64,000 nt of DNA from Blastocladiella emersonii ATCC 22665 (Eukaryota; Fungi; Blastocladiomycota), in contig JANHCV010000001.1 in assembly GCA_025594325.1 (NCBI GenBank), positions 4,836,001-4,900,000 on the forward strand. Reading direction: 5' to 3'. Below the pieces are notes generated by a model that was given only the letters and a program-made list of their open reading frames with translations, searched no databases and was not told the DNA's origin. Positions 10,930-22,676 of the stretch are shown here, piece by piece. How positions within the stretch are numbered: position 1 is the stretch's first letter; every line of letters starts with the position of its first letter. The position numbers were made by a program, and so were the translations under genes.

Positions 10930-13790
10930 CTATAGGACGAGTGCAAAAAAGATCGGAACAACCGAAAGAAGCAATGTGGAGCAAATCGTGAGGAGGCCGC
11001 TCGAGTCAGCCGCCAGCGGGGCGCGAAGTCGCGTCGGCGATGCGTTGGTCGTGTTGGTCGAGTTTTGGCTGGTCGTGTTGGTCGTCGCCGTTGACGAGAT
11101 CGTCGAGTTTGCAGTAGTTGTGGTTGCCGTGCTCGAAGTCGACGCATCGGATGTCGTCGTTGTTGGGCCATCCGAGGAGGATGCCGTGAAAGTCAAGCTG
11201 GTAGTCGAGGACGGCGAGTCCGAAGTTGTTGTGGTAGTCGTACTGCTGCTAGTCGACTCGGTGCTCGTAGGGCTTGGACTCGCGCTCGATGACGACGATG
11301 AGGTGGTGCTTGTCGTGGCCGTAGTGGAGGAATCGCTGGTGGTCGAGCTTGTAGACGAGGAGGTTGAACTTGACGTACTTGGTGCCGGATCCGTGGTTGC
11401 TGTAGTCGTACTCGTACTCGATGGGGAAGGCGACCCGATAGTTGAACTCGTGGTCGGCGTCGGCGTCGTGGTGGAAGTAGGCGTCGGCGTTGGAGTAGGT
11501 GTAGGCGTCGGAGTAGGCGTCGGAGTCGATGAAGAACTCGGCGTAGGGGTCGGTGTGGGCGTGGGCGTCGCGGTAGCGCTGGTCGTGGTGCAGGACCCGG
11601 CGAGGCAGTACCCAGTCACACCCGACGTGTACGGGCACGACGCGTAGTCGGGCGCGACGACGACGAGCGACGATGTGTAGCTGAGGTTGACGCACTGCCT
11701 ATTGCCGTTCTGGCAGTAGAGGGTGCATGCGCTGCTTCCCGCGCCCGGGTCGCAGGACGGCGAGTACCCATACCCGTAGATCGAGCAGACGCTCGCCCGC
11801 GACTGGCAGAAACCGCGGTTACACGTTCCCGCGGCCGCGTTCGTGGGCGCGTCGAGGAAGCACGAGGCACCGTTGGCGACCGTGCGATCCGTGCACACGA
11901 ACGAGTTGCCGGTGCACGTATCCTGCACGTCGCACAGTTGACGCACCGCGTCCGTTGCGCGCTGGCGACAGATGGTGCCGGCGGCGACGAACTGGCAGTT
12001 GCGGCAGCACTTGCCGTTCTTGTCGTCGCAAACGGCGCCCGTGCGAAGGCGGCAGCGCGCGGTGCAGCAGGAGCTTCCCGTGAGCGGGTTGCCTGAGTCG
12101 CACTGCTCGCCAGGATCGACGACACCGTTTCTACACGAAGGTCGGAGTCAGTGGACGCGAACAGATAGGAGCAAGCAGCCATGCGTACCCGCAGAGCGCC
12201 GGCGCGTTATCGAGACAGCTCGTGTCGACGTTGATCAGGAACGACGTGATGGCCGTGTCGGAGCAGCTCGAGAACTGGTTAGGCAGGGTACCGCATGCGC
12301 TGCAGGTCGACGGCTGCATGATGAAGCCGTAGTTGGGGCAGTTGTTGTTGACCGAGTCGTGACCCGCACCAAAGTTGTGGCCCATCTCATGCGCCATGAC
12401 GGTCCCCTGGTACGCGAGGTCGACGACGCGTTGCGCGTGGATCACAGCACACGAGTTGGCCGCGTTGCACATTCCGCCCGTGTACCCGTATCCCTCGATG
12501 GCGGCGGTTACGCCCGAAGCGGTGAGCGTGCGCGCCGTGAGCAGGTGGCCGAGGTCGTTGTACGCGAGGAAGGTGCCGGCGTTTGCCGTCGCCGAGGCCT
12601 GCGACCGCCGCCACGAGCAAAACTCGGACAGGAGCGTGGTCACGTCGACAGTCGTCGTGCTGCCGGCCACCCACATGGGCGTGGTCGCCGTGTACTGGCC
12701 GGCGACGGTGACGACGATGCGGTACGGGTCGGCGATCAAGTTGGAGCGCAGATACAGTGCGGCGGCGACGTTGACGATCTCGAGCGCCGAGAGCTCCGTG
12801 TCGTTGCCGAAGATCTGGTACCGCTGGTAGTCGTTGGCGATCATGAGCTCGACCCTCAGGTTGGCCGTAGATGCGATCTGGCGGCGGACGAGCTGCGTCA
12901 TCTCGAGTGCGGACGAGTGGAAGGAGGTGCTGCCGATCAGGCTGAGCTCGGCCGGGTCACGCTTCTGCAGCCGCGTGCGGCGCGGCGCCGACGCCGGGAA
13001 GCCTGGATCCGTGTTCGGGCAGAAGTGTTCCGAGTCCGAGTTGGGCGACTCGCTCGACGACGCGGACTCGCGAAGCAGGACGTGGCGGCGCGCAAGGCCG
13101 GTGGCATTGGTGGCATTGGTCATGTCGTGCTCGAGCGCGTGGATCGAGTAGCGGAACGTCGAGTTGACCTGGATCAGACCATGCTACTCGGGCACAACTC
13201 GTCGTTAGCTTTGATTAGTGTGCCGAATAAAGGAAGCGCGAACGTACCAGTCCGTCACATGCGCTCACGGCGACGACCGAGCCGAGCTGGCCGAGGACAT
13301 GCCCGTGGAAGAGGCAGTCTACGCGGCCGTTCGCCGCACCCTTGACCTCTCCTCCGCTGTAAATATGCTGGTATCCCGGGCTAATCAACTCCTTGTTGCG
13401 CTACACTCCGTGCCGCGTGAGCGAGCGTTGACGGGCGTCGGGTTGCCGCGTAGCACCTTGAGCTGGATCGTCAGTCCATCGGACCCGACGCCCGACAGCT
13501 TCACGAGCGCATGGTCGCGGTACGCGGAGGTGCCGTCGAGATCACGGCGCTGCAGCGTCGAAAGTGCGTGGCCCGTCGTCGGGTGAACCAGCGTAGCGTC
13601 GACCACAAGTTGCTCCACGGAGCTCGGCAGCTCGAGTCCTGAAGGATTTTCGATCAGCTTGAAGACCCTGGCGGTAGAACGTGATGCATCACGTACCGCG
13701 CTTCGTGAGCACAGCGCGTTCCAAGCCTCGTGTTGCGAGCACGACGAGTGGTGAGATGATGTATAAAAGTGCGAGTTCTATGAGTTTCAT
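10930..13790 (-). CDS. ADAM/reprolysin (M12B) metalloprotease with disintegrin domain, S/T-rich stalk and probable GPI signal; multi-exon
   Basis: It has the zinc motif HEMGHNFGAGHD, Met-turn FIMQP, basic processing site RLQKR, and a disintegrin/Cys-rich region (CDPGEQCDSG...CCRNCQF...CDVQDTCTG). A (TP)n stalk and a hydrophobic C-terminus follow. A signal-peptide-like MKLIELALLYIISPLVVLA starts at 13790, but its 5' junction is uncertain. Confidence 0.88.
11450..11580 (-). repeat. Coding (Thr-Pro)n repeat in the ADAM stalk
   Basis: TPTPTPTP...TPTPTPTPTPTPTP in ORF 10930..11946. Confidence 0.9.
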
Positions 13791-14079
13791 GGCTTCTATG
13801 ATCTATGCTTCGTGAGTTAGGGGAGCGAGAATCGGGGGTGTATGTCTCCTTGCCGCGGCAGCCGGCGTGGCGCGTCGGCGACGCGACGCGCCAAGCTATC
13901 ACGTGTTTTGTCTCCCGCGTGTCTCGCACCGCGCCACCGAGTCGCCCGCCCACGCCTCGCGATGCCTCCTTCCGATCGCCGCAGCGGCAGGCGGCCGTCG
14001 ATCAAGACGGCCCCATCATCTCCAAGCAACGGTGCACGAGCAAACCAAGTCAAAATAAATAAGTAATGGGTCGCCAATC

Positions 14080-17000
14080 TCACGAGCTCCGTGCCGCCGC
14101 ATACGTTGCCGCAGCCGCCGCGAGCGCGTCCGTCGCCCCACCGCCGCTGCCGCCGTCGTTCTTGCCGCACGTGCACGGGCACTTGCACACCTTCTTGTGC
14201 TTGCGCAGCTCGGCCATGCGCTCGTTGAGCATCATGGTGCGCGTGAGCTGGTCCTTGTACCGCGTATTGTCGTCGTTGAGCGTCGCAAGTTTCCGCTTGA
14301 GGTCGCGCAGCTCGTGCTCGGTCTTGTCCTGGACCTGCGCCACCACGTCCTTGACTTTCGACATGAGCATCTCGCTGATGCTCGGCACCACGCGCTGCAG
14401 GACGCGCTGGACCGCCGCGCACGCCTGGACGACCGCGGGCGTCGTCGCCGTGGTCGATGTCGCCGAGGCGTTGGAGTTGCGGCGAAACAGGAACGAGTCG
14501 GCCGACGTGCCCGAGTCGCGCCCGCGCGTCGGCGAGGGCGACCGCGGGGACGTCGGGTCGCGCGCCTCGCGGAGCGCGGCCGCGGCGAGGTCGAGGTCGC
14601 TGAGCAGCTCCTCGTCCATGAGCCGGCGGTCGACGAGATCGTGGAACACGCCGCGGAGCGCGTTTGCCGTCTCGAGGATGTGCGCCTGGAGCTGCGCGAC
14701 GGCGCGCCACGCGGCCGAGTCGGGCGCCGCTGCCGCCGCCGTGTCGTGCGCGGACGAGCGGGCCCACCGCGCGTCGCGGGTCGAGGCGGACGCGGCGGGG
14801 TCGCGTGCAGCCCCACGCGCGGCCTGCTGGCACAGGCTCGAGATGACGACTTCGAGCGCCTCGAGCAGGTCTTCGGTAGTGGTGAGGTTTTCGGCGGACA
14901 GGGACTCGGACCCGGCGAGCGAAGTGAACCGGGCGGCCGACTGGACGATGCGGCGGCACCGCGTGAGCAGCTGGTGGTGCTCGGTGAGCACGTCCCAGTC
15001 GATGGCGTTGCTCGAGTTGGCGGCGGCGGCGGCGCCGACGGACGCGCGGAGCGGCTGGGCGCGGTCGACGATGAGGCCGGCCTCGAGCACGTTGGTGTAG
15101 AGGGCCTTGTACTTGTGCAGCTCGCGGGTGCGGCGCTCGTACTTGTCGCGCTCCTCGGTGATGTGCGCGAGCTTGTCGTCGAACTTGGCGCGCGCCGCCT
15201 GGTACTTTTCGATGCGCGCGAGGAACTTCTTGTTGTCGGCGATGAGCCGCGTGCGCTCGTCGGACGTCAGCTGGACGCGGGTCTTGGCCTCGGTCAGCTG
15301 GCGGTCGAGCTCCTGGACGTTCTTGACGGCGCTGGCGAGCTTGGTCTGGTACGTCTCGGCGTCCAGGGCCGCCTTCTTGGTGACGCGGTCGAGGTCGCCC
15401 TGCTTCTCGCGGATCCGGGTCTCGAGCGACTGCAGCTTGTGCTCGAGCGACCGGTTGTCCGCGAGGACCTGCTTCCACTGCAGCTCGAGCGTGTCGAGCT
15501 TGGAGGCGCGCTCCTCGGAGACCTCCTTGGTGCGGGCGAGCTCGCGCTTGGCGTCGTCGGCGCGCGTCGCCATGGCCTGGATCTTCTCCTGGAGCTTGTT
15601 GATGCGCTCCTCGAGCGCGCACCGCTGGTTGACGGCGGTCTCGAGCTCCTTGCGCGTCAGCTTGAGCTCGTCGGAGGTGTTGCGCAGGGTGACGCTCGTG
15701 TTGGCCTCCTTGGACTCGGCCTCCTCGCGCTGGCGCTCCGTCTGCTTCTTGTGGGCGAACAGCACGTCGTTCCGGCGCTTGAGCTCGACCTGGGCCTCCT
15801 GCATGGCGTTGTACCGGACGCGGAGCTCGTCGAGCTGGCGCTCGGTGCTGCGCTGCGCCTTGAGCGCGTTCTCGAGCTCCGTCTGCACGCGGTTGAGCCG
15901 GAGCTCGAGGTCGCGGCGGACCAACGCGAGCTGCTCCTTTTCAGCAAACACGCGCTGGTACTTTTCCGCGTGCTCCTTGAGCTGGTGCTCGTGCGACTCG
16001 AGCAGCTTGCGCGTCGCCAGGAGGTCCTCGCTGCCCTTGCGCGCCTGCGCCGTCGTGTTCTGCATTTTGGTCTTGGCCTCGGCGGCCTCGGCGGCGAGCG
16101 CCGCGCGCGCGGCCTCGGACTCGCGCAGCTTGGCGCGCAGCTCGTCCTCGCGGCGGTTCGCGTCGGCGAGCTGGTGCTGCACGTGGTCGACGTCGCGGCG
16201 CGCGCTGGCGAGCTCGTCGAGCGTGACGCGGTGTACGCGTTTCGCCTCGTCGAGCTGCGCCTGCAGCTCGTCGGCGCGGATCTGCGCCGCGTGCACGTCG
16301 CGCGCGGTCGCCGTCGACGCCGCGGTGCGCTCCTGCGCGAACCGCAGCTTCTCGATCTGCTGGTTCACCTGGTCCTGGATCACCATCAGGTCCGACTCGA
16401 GCTTCTGCTTGTCGGCCGTCAGCACCCGCACCTGCTCACGCTCCTGCTTGAGCTGGTCGTCGGCGCGCGCGCGCGCGGCCTGGGTCTCGGCGAGCTCGCC
16501 CGCCAGCCGCTCGGTCTCGGTCTGCGCCGTGGCGATGGTCCGGAGCTGCGTCTTGATGGTGTCGCGGAGCTCAGCGATGGCCGCGTCCTTTTCGTCCATG
16601 TCCTTCCACAGCGCCGTGGTCTTGGCATCCTCGGCGGCGGCGAGCTGCGCGTTGGTCGCCTTGAGCTGCGACAGCTCGGCGCGGAGCGCCGTCAGGTTGG
16701 TCTCGGCGAGCGACTTGCGGCGCGTCGCGTCGTGCTTGGCCGCCTTGAGCTCGAGCTGCAGGTCCTCGACCATCTTGCGGTACTTGACCATCTCCTGGCG
16801 CACCTCGAGCAGCTCGCGGTGCTGCTGCGGCGGCGATTTCGGCGGGTCCGCGCGGTCCGCGAGCGATAGCGCGCGGCGGTCCGTGTCGTTGCGCTTCTTC
16901 CACATGCCGATGCGCCGCTCGACCTCGTCGAGGTTCACGACGTTCTAGCGGATTTGGGTGTGAGCCGACGTGGCCGCGCGGCGGTACCCCCGAAAAGGAG

Positions 17001-18121
17001 AAACGTACGTCAGGCCCAACGAGCGTCAAGTCGAGCGCGGTCTCGAGCATCTCGAGGACGCCCTTGAGCGCGCGGTCGGCCTCGGACCGGTTCTCGGTGA
17101 CGACGACCGTGTTGTAGCTGCGGAAGGGCGTCGCCGAGGAGGAGGCGTTGCTGGCGGCAAAGGCGGTGCCGCTGAACTCGACAATCTCGCTCGTCAGCTT
17201 CTCGCTCTCGATGATCATGCCCTTGGTCTCGCCCATGTTGCGGCGCATGCGCTCGAACGGCGGGGTGCCGGTACCGCTGTTGCGCGCGGGCGTCGCAGTG
17301 GTAGTGGTGGCGGGCGCGTTGACCGAGGCCGTCGTGCGCACCGAGGCGACATGGACGACGGAGGCCGGGCGCGCTACTGGCGCAGCAGCAGCCGATGCCG
17401 TTGGCGGGCCGCGTTCGGATGGCGCGTTGACCGAGACCGTGCGCGCCGTAGTCCGGGCGGCATGAGCCGGTGCGCGAGCCGCCGGTGTCTCGCCGAGAAA
17501 TTCGTTCACGTCGAACTTGGACGTGTCGGCGCCGGGGACGAACGACATGTCGCCGACATCGACCTGGAAACTGGTGGACGCCGTCGATGTGCGCGCGTGC
17601 GGGTTGGCACCAGCGCGCACGGGCGAGACGTCGACAGACCCGAGGGCATCGACAAACGAGGGCCGGTTGCTCTGCGGTGGTGGAGATGCAGGACGCAGCC
17701 CGGTGTCGACGCGCGCCGAGACGTGCGAGAAGTCGGGCGCCCCGGTGCCAGTGCCATCGGTCTGCGTGCGGTGGTGCACGAGGCGCGGCTCGGGCGACAC
17801 GGCGCGGCGCATGGCGGCGTTGGTCAACACGTCCTGCGGGCGGCGGATCGGCGGCGAGGGTGACCGTGCTGACCGCTTGGTGAGCGATTTGAACGGCGAC
17901 TGCGGTGGCTGGACGGGCGCCGCCATCGCTTTGCGCGGTGACGCAGTTGGTGGCGCGGCAGCAAGCGCGCTCGATGGACCCGACTCGCCGAACCCAGCAG
18001 TGCGAGGACGGCGGTTGGCGGCGGGCGGCTTCACGCGGTCCACGGTGGCCGAGGCGCGCAGCGGCGAGCGCGAGCGGCCCGGGAACTGCGGCCGCGCCGA
18101 GGCCGCCGCGGTGGTGCTCAT
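14080..18121 (-). CDS. Long coiled-coil protein (~1300 aa) with a disordered basic N-terminus, 2 exons
   Basis: Exon 1 (18121 to ~17010) is S/P/R-rich. A GTACG...TAG intron (~17009-16946) joins ...LDLTLVGPD|NVVNLDEVERR to the heptad-rich ORF 14080..16938. Confidence 0.75.
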
Positions 18122-18481
18122 TTGGTGGGAGGGCGAGTACGTGGTGCAAGGGATAGAGGGTCCGATGGACGGGAAGGCAGGAACAAGTCGGAGTTGGTCG
18201 GGCGGGGACGCCCGTGCGAGCAGATCAGCGGGACCGTCTCGGGCAATGAGTTACGTTGCAATCAGTGGGGATGGTATTCGGTGCCATGAGGTGCATTGCT
18301 CGTGGCGGCCGTCCATCGCACACGGCGAGCGCGTCCGCCGCGACGCAAAAGAGGGGCAGCCTGAACCGCTCAGGGGTAGTGGCGCTGGGCATCACGTTGG
18401 TGGCGCACGCGCTCTGCGTCTCCTTTCCCGCCTCAGCGTCCAGCTCACCCTCCCCCTCCGCCCAAGGCCGAGAACCTAATC

Positions 18482-19743
18482 ATGGAGCAACCTAATGCAA
18501 CGAATGAAGAACTGCCAACGCTCGCCGCGTCGCTCGCCACGGAGTGCGAGTGCACCGCCAAGTATCCGGCGGCTGTCCGCCACCTGCAGCGCGTCGCCGC
18601 CAGTGGGGACGAATCCGACATAGGTGTCGAGTTCCGCGGCAAGACATACTCTCTGCACCGAGTCATGCTTATCCAGAGCCCGTTCCTCCGAGCGCTTCTC
18701 AGCGACGCCTGGCATTGTCCTGGCGACAACGGCGTCCCCCGCATCATGTTCACCCTGTCTGACGACGATGCGGAACACGGCAGCACCGACGCACGCGCTA
18801 TTTATGCCTGGGAAACCGCCATTGCCGTCATGTACGGTGCATGCACCAAGATTACTGCCGCCCGCATGTCGGACCGGAACTTCATGGACATTCTTGATGC
18901 GGCTCTCTTCTTCGGTACGTTTTGCTTGACGCAGCATGGAGCGACGTTACTCACTTTGTATCCACGCGCTCAGACCTTCCCGAGCTGGCCAACGCGTGCC
19001 GCGAGTACAACCTGGCGCGGCTCGCCAACTGCGCGGCCACGTCGGACCCTCCCTCCGCGGCGTTTATCTCCCTCGTCGCGCGTGTCATGGCATTTTGTTC
19101 GCGGGCGGCACTACCTAAACAAGTCGCCGAGCTGCTCAATCTTACCATCGCTCATCTCCAGTTTCTTGGCACACACTCTATCACGCGCACGATCCTTGAG
19201 CAGTGTGATTCCAGTCTCGTCTCCCGCGTCGTTGGCTCGCCCACTTTCTGGATCCCCTCCGAGTACCAGTTTTTCGAGTTTCTCGCCGAACTCAAGGTGG
19301 CGCCCGCGCTTATCCTGCGCGTCGTCAAGTTCAATACCATGTCCGACGGCGAAATGTTTCGGGTGCTCTCCAGCCCGCTTGCCTTGGCTGATTCGCACTT
19401 CCATCTCGGAGTCCGCGCCGCTGCCTTCCAGGCACATGAACTTCGGGCTGCGATCCTCGAGGCGAAACCAGACGATACACGCTTGCCCCAGCCTGGCTAC
19501 CCTGACCCGCCGACAGCATTCGAGCCAATTGAATGGAGTGGCCCTGCTGGGAGCGGGGACAACTTGGGACAAGGGCCGAATCACGCACGCGTGCTTGATC
19601 CCGTCTTGGCTAAACGCCGGCACTGCCTGCGGGTGACGCTCTCCTTTGACGCCGATTCCAGCGACCCGATCATTCTTGGCGAGCCCGTGTTCTTTGGCGG
19701 GGCGTTTCGCCAGCTTCGAGCTACTCGAAACAAGGAGAACTGA
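18482..19743 (+). CDS. BTB/POZ domain protein (germ-cell-less-like); the C-terminus probably continues to 20044 in a +1 frame
   Basis: The BTB start SDIGVEFRGKTYSLHRVMLIQSPFLRALL is present. An intron at ~18916-18972 joins FF|DLPELANAC. Confidence 0.7.
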
Positions 19744-20402
19744 ATCGACGAATCGCCCATGTAGTAAACCCTGCAAGTCGAGCACGCCAGCTCCATACAC
19801 AGATCCGCGGAGTAGTATCCACCAACGCGCTCGCATCATGACACCATTTGCTGGCAACTCTAGCCCTCGACTTGCATGCTCCCTTCTGCAACCGAGCTCC
19901 TTCGCCGCCTGGTCGGTGCCAAAGTGGTCCAGGCCGCTGACTCTAGAGAGCGGTTCTGGCTGGGTTGATTCGTTCACCCCTGCCAAAACCTCAATCGACG
20001 GGAAGAAGACTATTCGCGTTGCTGCCCTGTTCGAACTGCTTTGAGCGATCGTTACTCTTGCCGTAAGGATTTGGGAATTGACGTGCATCTATTTTTCTTC
20101 CGCTTCGAGCCTTGATGGCCATGAGGAGGTGGAATCGATATTCCCGCACCGCGTCGTTCTCCACTTTGATGTTGCTCTCGCAAACCTTTCGCGTTGAAAA
20201 CACGGGCATACTTCCAGCCGTCAGGTAGCGTGAGGAGCAATATACTTTTATTAAGTGCTGAAACAACGCGAATGCCTGGCGTCTTCACGAAACCGCGACT
20301 CAAGGGGGACGCGTCGCGATATCATGTGATCGACGTGAGACGCGACTGTCTCGCGCTTGTCCGCCCGTTCGCGAGCGCCGATCCGGTAGCCGTCCGAACG
20401 GG

Positions 20403-20458
20403 CTTTCTCCTCCCACGCGAGCTGCGCAATTTTTCACAGCCAGCGCAGGAGGAGAAAG
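20403..20458 (+). repeat. 56-nt hairpin element, copy A
   Basis: CTTTCTCCTCC...GCTG-CGCAATTTTTCA-CAGC...GGAGGAGAAAG, with a perfect 11-bp outer stem. Confidence 0.85.
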
Positions 20459-21291
20459 GGAGCTCATGCGGGTGTCGGAGCGGGTGCTGAGAGCGCGCAC
20501 CAAGTCGTCTGAGCAAGGCTTAGAGCGGCGACATGCAAGCGAGCGTGCCACGGAGCGAGGAGTGAAAAAATTGCACCACTTGATCGTGAAATCAAGGCAA
20601 GGAAGTGTCGCGAAAACGGTACTAGTAGGAGCAAACACCTTGCGCGAGTGGGCCGAAAGGATTGCAGAGTCGCGCGCGTCATACTTGTCGGTGATGCCGC
20701 GATGATCCTACATATCCGCGTGGTGGTGAGCAGTTGCGCTATGGGTGAGGTGCCGAGTCACAGCATACGTCAGCGGCGGATGAGGTCGCGCTGGCGCGAT
20801 GTCGCTTGAGCGTGAACATTTCCGAGTTGATCTACGTGATCGCGTGCGCCAGTGAGTAGGGTACGAGAAGGGTGGGAAGGCGTGCTGCAGCTTACGCCTC
20901 TCGGTTACGGCAAGCACAAGGGCGAGTGAGACTTTGCTACTCATGATCGACCAAGACGCGCGGCTGTTGCAGTTCAGCTATGACCACAAACTTGCCCTGA
21001 TCAGCGAGGACCGAAATGGCACGCAAATGACGCATTCACCCTCCTCTGGTCAAAAGAGCGATGGATGGATGCAAATAGGCGTGAGCGGTGTAATCACCAA
21101 ACGCAGGCCATGAGTTGATGGAATCGGACGTACCAAAGTCTCAGGCAACATTTCGAGTTCGCACCGTGCTGCGGCCAGCGATTCAGAGCAGCCGACGACA
21201 TAGATGACGTTCAACGACGGTGCAGCGGCCCGCTGATTCACAACGCGGACCGGGACAACCTGAACGCCGACCGCGTACCACTCAAGTCGAG

Positions 21292-21347
21292 CTTTTCCTT
21301 CGCACGCGCGTTGCGCACTTTTTCACAGCGCGCGCACGGGGGAAAAG
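21292..21347 (+). repeat. 56-nt hairpin element, copy B
   Basis: CTTTTCCTTCG...TTG-CGCACTTTTTCA-CAG...CGGGGGAAAAG. Confidence 0.85.
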
Positions 21348-22149
21348 GAAGATACCACGGGTACCGGATCGGAGTCAAAGTGCACGCGGTCCCGCTCGTG
21401 AAGTTGGTCCGCATCGTGACGTGGTCGTGAAATGAAAGCGGAGCGTTAAGTTGAATGGCCAAATCGATCTTTCTCGCTGATCCAGTCCAGTTCGAGGCCG
21501 CTTGCTTCCAGGGGAGCTGTCCTTGCCTGTGCACGCGCAAGTGAGATGAGGACTCCACAACGAGACTAAGGGGAAGGCGTACCTTCAATTACGGCACGTC
21601 TGCCTCGCACGAAATACAAGCAAGTCGCGTGGACCAATGTGCGAGAGCAGCTGGAAGTTGTCGACTGACACATCACCCTAACTGTCAACGCTGATACGAG
21701 CAGGATCCGACCCCATCACCCACAAAGCAAGCACAAATGATCCGAAAGGAACGGTAAGCAACCGAGCTGAACCGCCGGCGGGCCCACGTTGCGAGGGACG
21801 GCGGCATGGCAACGGCGGCGTCAGCCGCATCAGGGCGGTGACCATCCGAGCGCGACCGAGAAACGCTGACCGCGGCGCCAAGTTACATTCGACCAGTGCG
21901 GGCCGCAGAGCAAGTTTCGGCCGCCCAATTGCATCAGCTTTCATAGGTTGGGGAGCGTGGACCGAGCGCGAGGGCGTTCGTCGACTTGAGCGGAACGCGT
22001 CTCGGCGATCATCACGTTGGTGGCGCCCGGTGTGGCGCACGCGCGTGGGGCGGGCGTCGAGTCTCCCTTCCTCGGCGCTCCCCTCCCTCCCCTTCCCTCA
22101 CACCCCGCCCCTCCATGTATCTTGCCCGCCGGACCAACTGATCGCAACC

Positions 22150-22627
22150 ATGTCCTCGTCCTCCTCCGTCTCCTGGACCGGCCGCGCCGTGCTGCTCTCG
22201 GCGTTCCTGCTGCTCGCGCACGCCGGGTACTCGGCGCTCGAGCGTTCGTAGCCCTGGACGACGCGCTACCACGATCCACATGTGTAACCGGACCGTCTTG
22301 ACGCGTAGACGTGGCGTACCTCAAGACGATCGACCGGGTCGACGACGGCCTGACGACCGACGTACGCTTCCCCCTCGCCCGCACCCGCCAGTCCCCTAAC
22401 GCGCCGCTGCCACGTAGATCATCCTCGAGACGCTCATCTCGATGCTGCTGTGCTTTGTCGGGATCGCGCTGGTCGCCGACCCGCTGCAAGAGCTGGCGCT
22501 GCACTCGGAGCTCAAGAAGCAGTCGCGCAACGCCTTTGAGGCGCGCCCGAGCTACCACAGCTTCGGCCACCGCGCCCGCCACTTTAGCGCGCTCCTCGCT
22601 GCGTCTGCGGCGCCCGCGCAAGAGTGA
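22150..22627 (+). CDS. EMC5: ER membrane complex subunit 5 / MMgT family, 3 exons
   Basis: MSSSSSVSWTGRAVLLSAFLLLAHAGYSALE / VAYLKTIDRVDDGLTTD / IILETLISMLLCFVGIALVADPLQEL...FEARPSYHSFGHRA matches the MMgT/EMC5 pattern. Confidence 0.85.
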
Positions 22628-22676
22628 TGATGTGACCGAATCTATATATGAAATGCGTTCCTCTCCCTCCCTCACT

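Noticed and set aside
7806-13790. GNAT + repeat peptide + ADAM as a defined RiPP gene cluster
   Set aside because: There is no DUF3328, prolyl oligopeptidase, methyltransferase or transporter nearby. The ADAM is predicted extracellular while the peptide has no signal sequence, so adjacency alone is insufficient.
14107-16948. Long opposite-strand and alternative-frame ORFs (also at 22311-25674, 38389-40446, 42951-46757 and elsewhere)
   Set aside because: These are shadow ORFs expected from extreme GC3 bias opposite real genes. They have low-complexity R/A/G/S composition and no domain motifs.
19740-20310. Degenerate transposase remnant
   Set aside because: No catalytic motif is recognisable, and part of it is better explained as the frameshifted BTB C-terminus and its 3' UTR.
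20403-20458. 56-nt hairpin as U5 snRNA, SECIS or H/ACA snoRNA
   Set aside because: The loop lacks the invariant U5 GCCUUUUAC and no Sm site follows. There is no SECIS UGAN/GA quartet at the proper spacing from the A-rich loop, and no consistent H box or ACA tail across copies.
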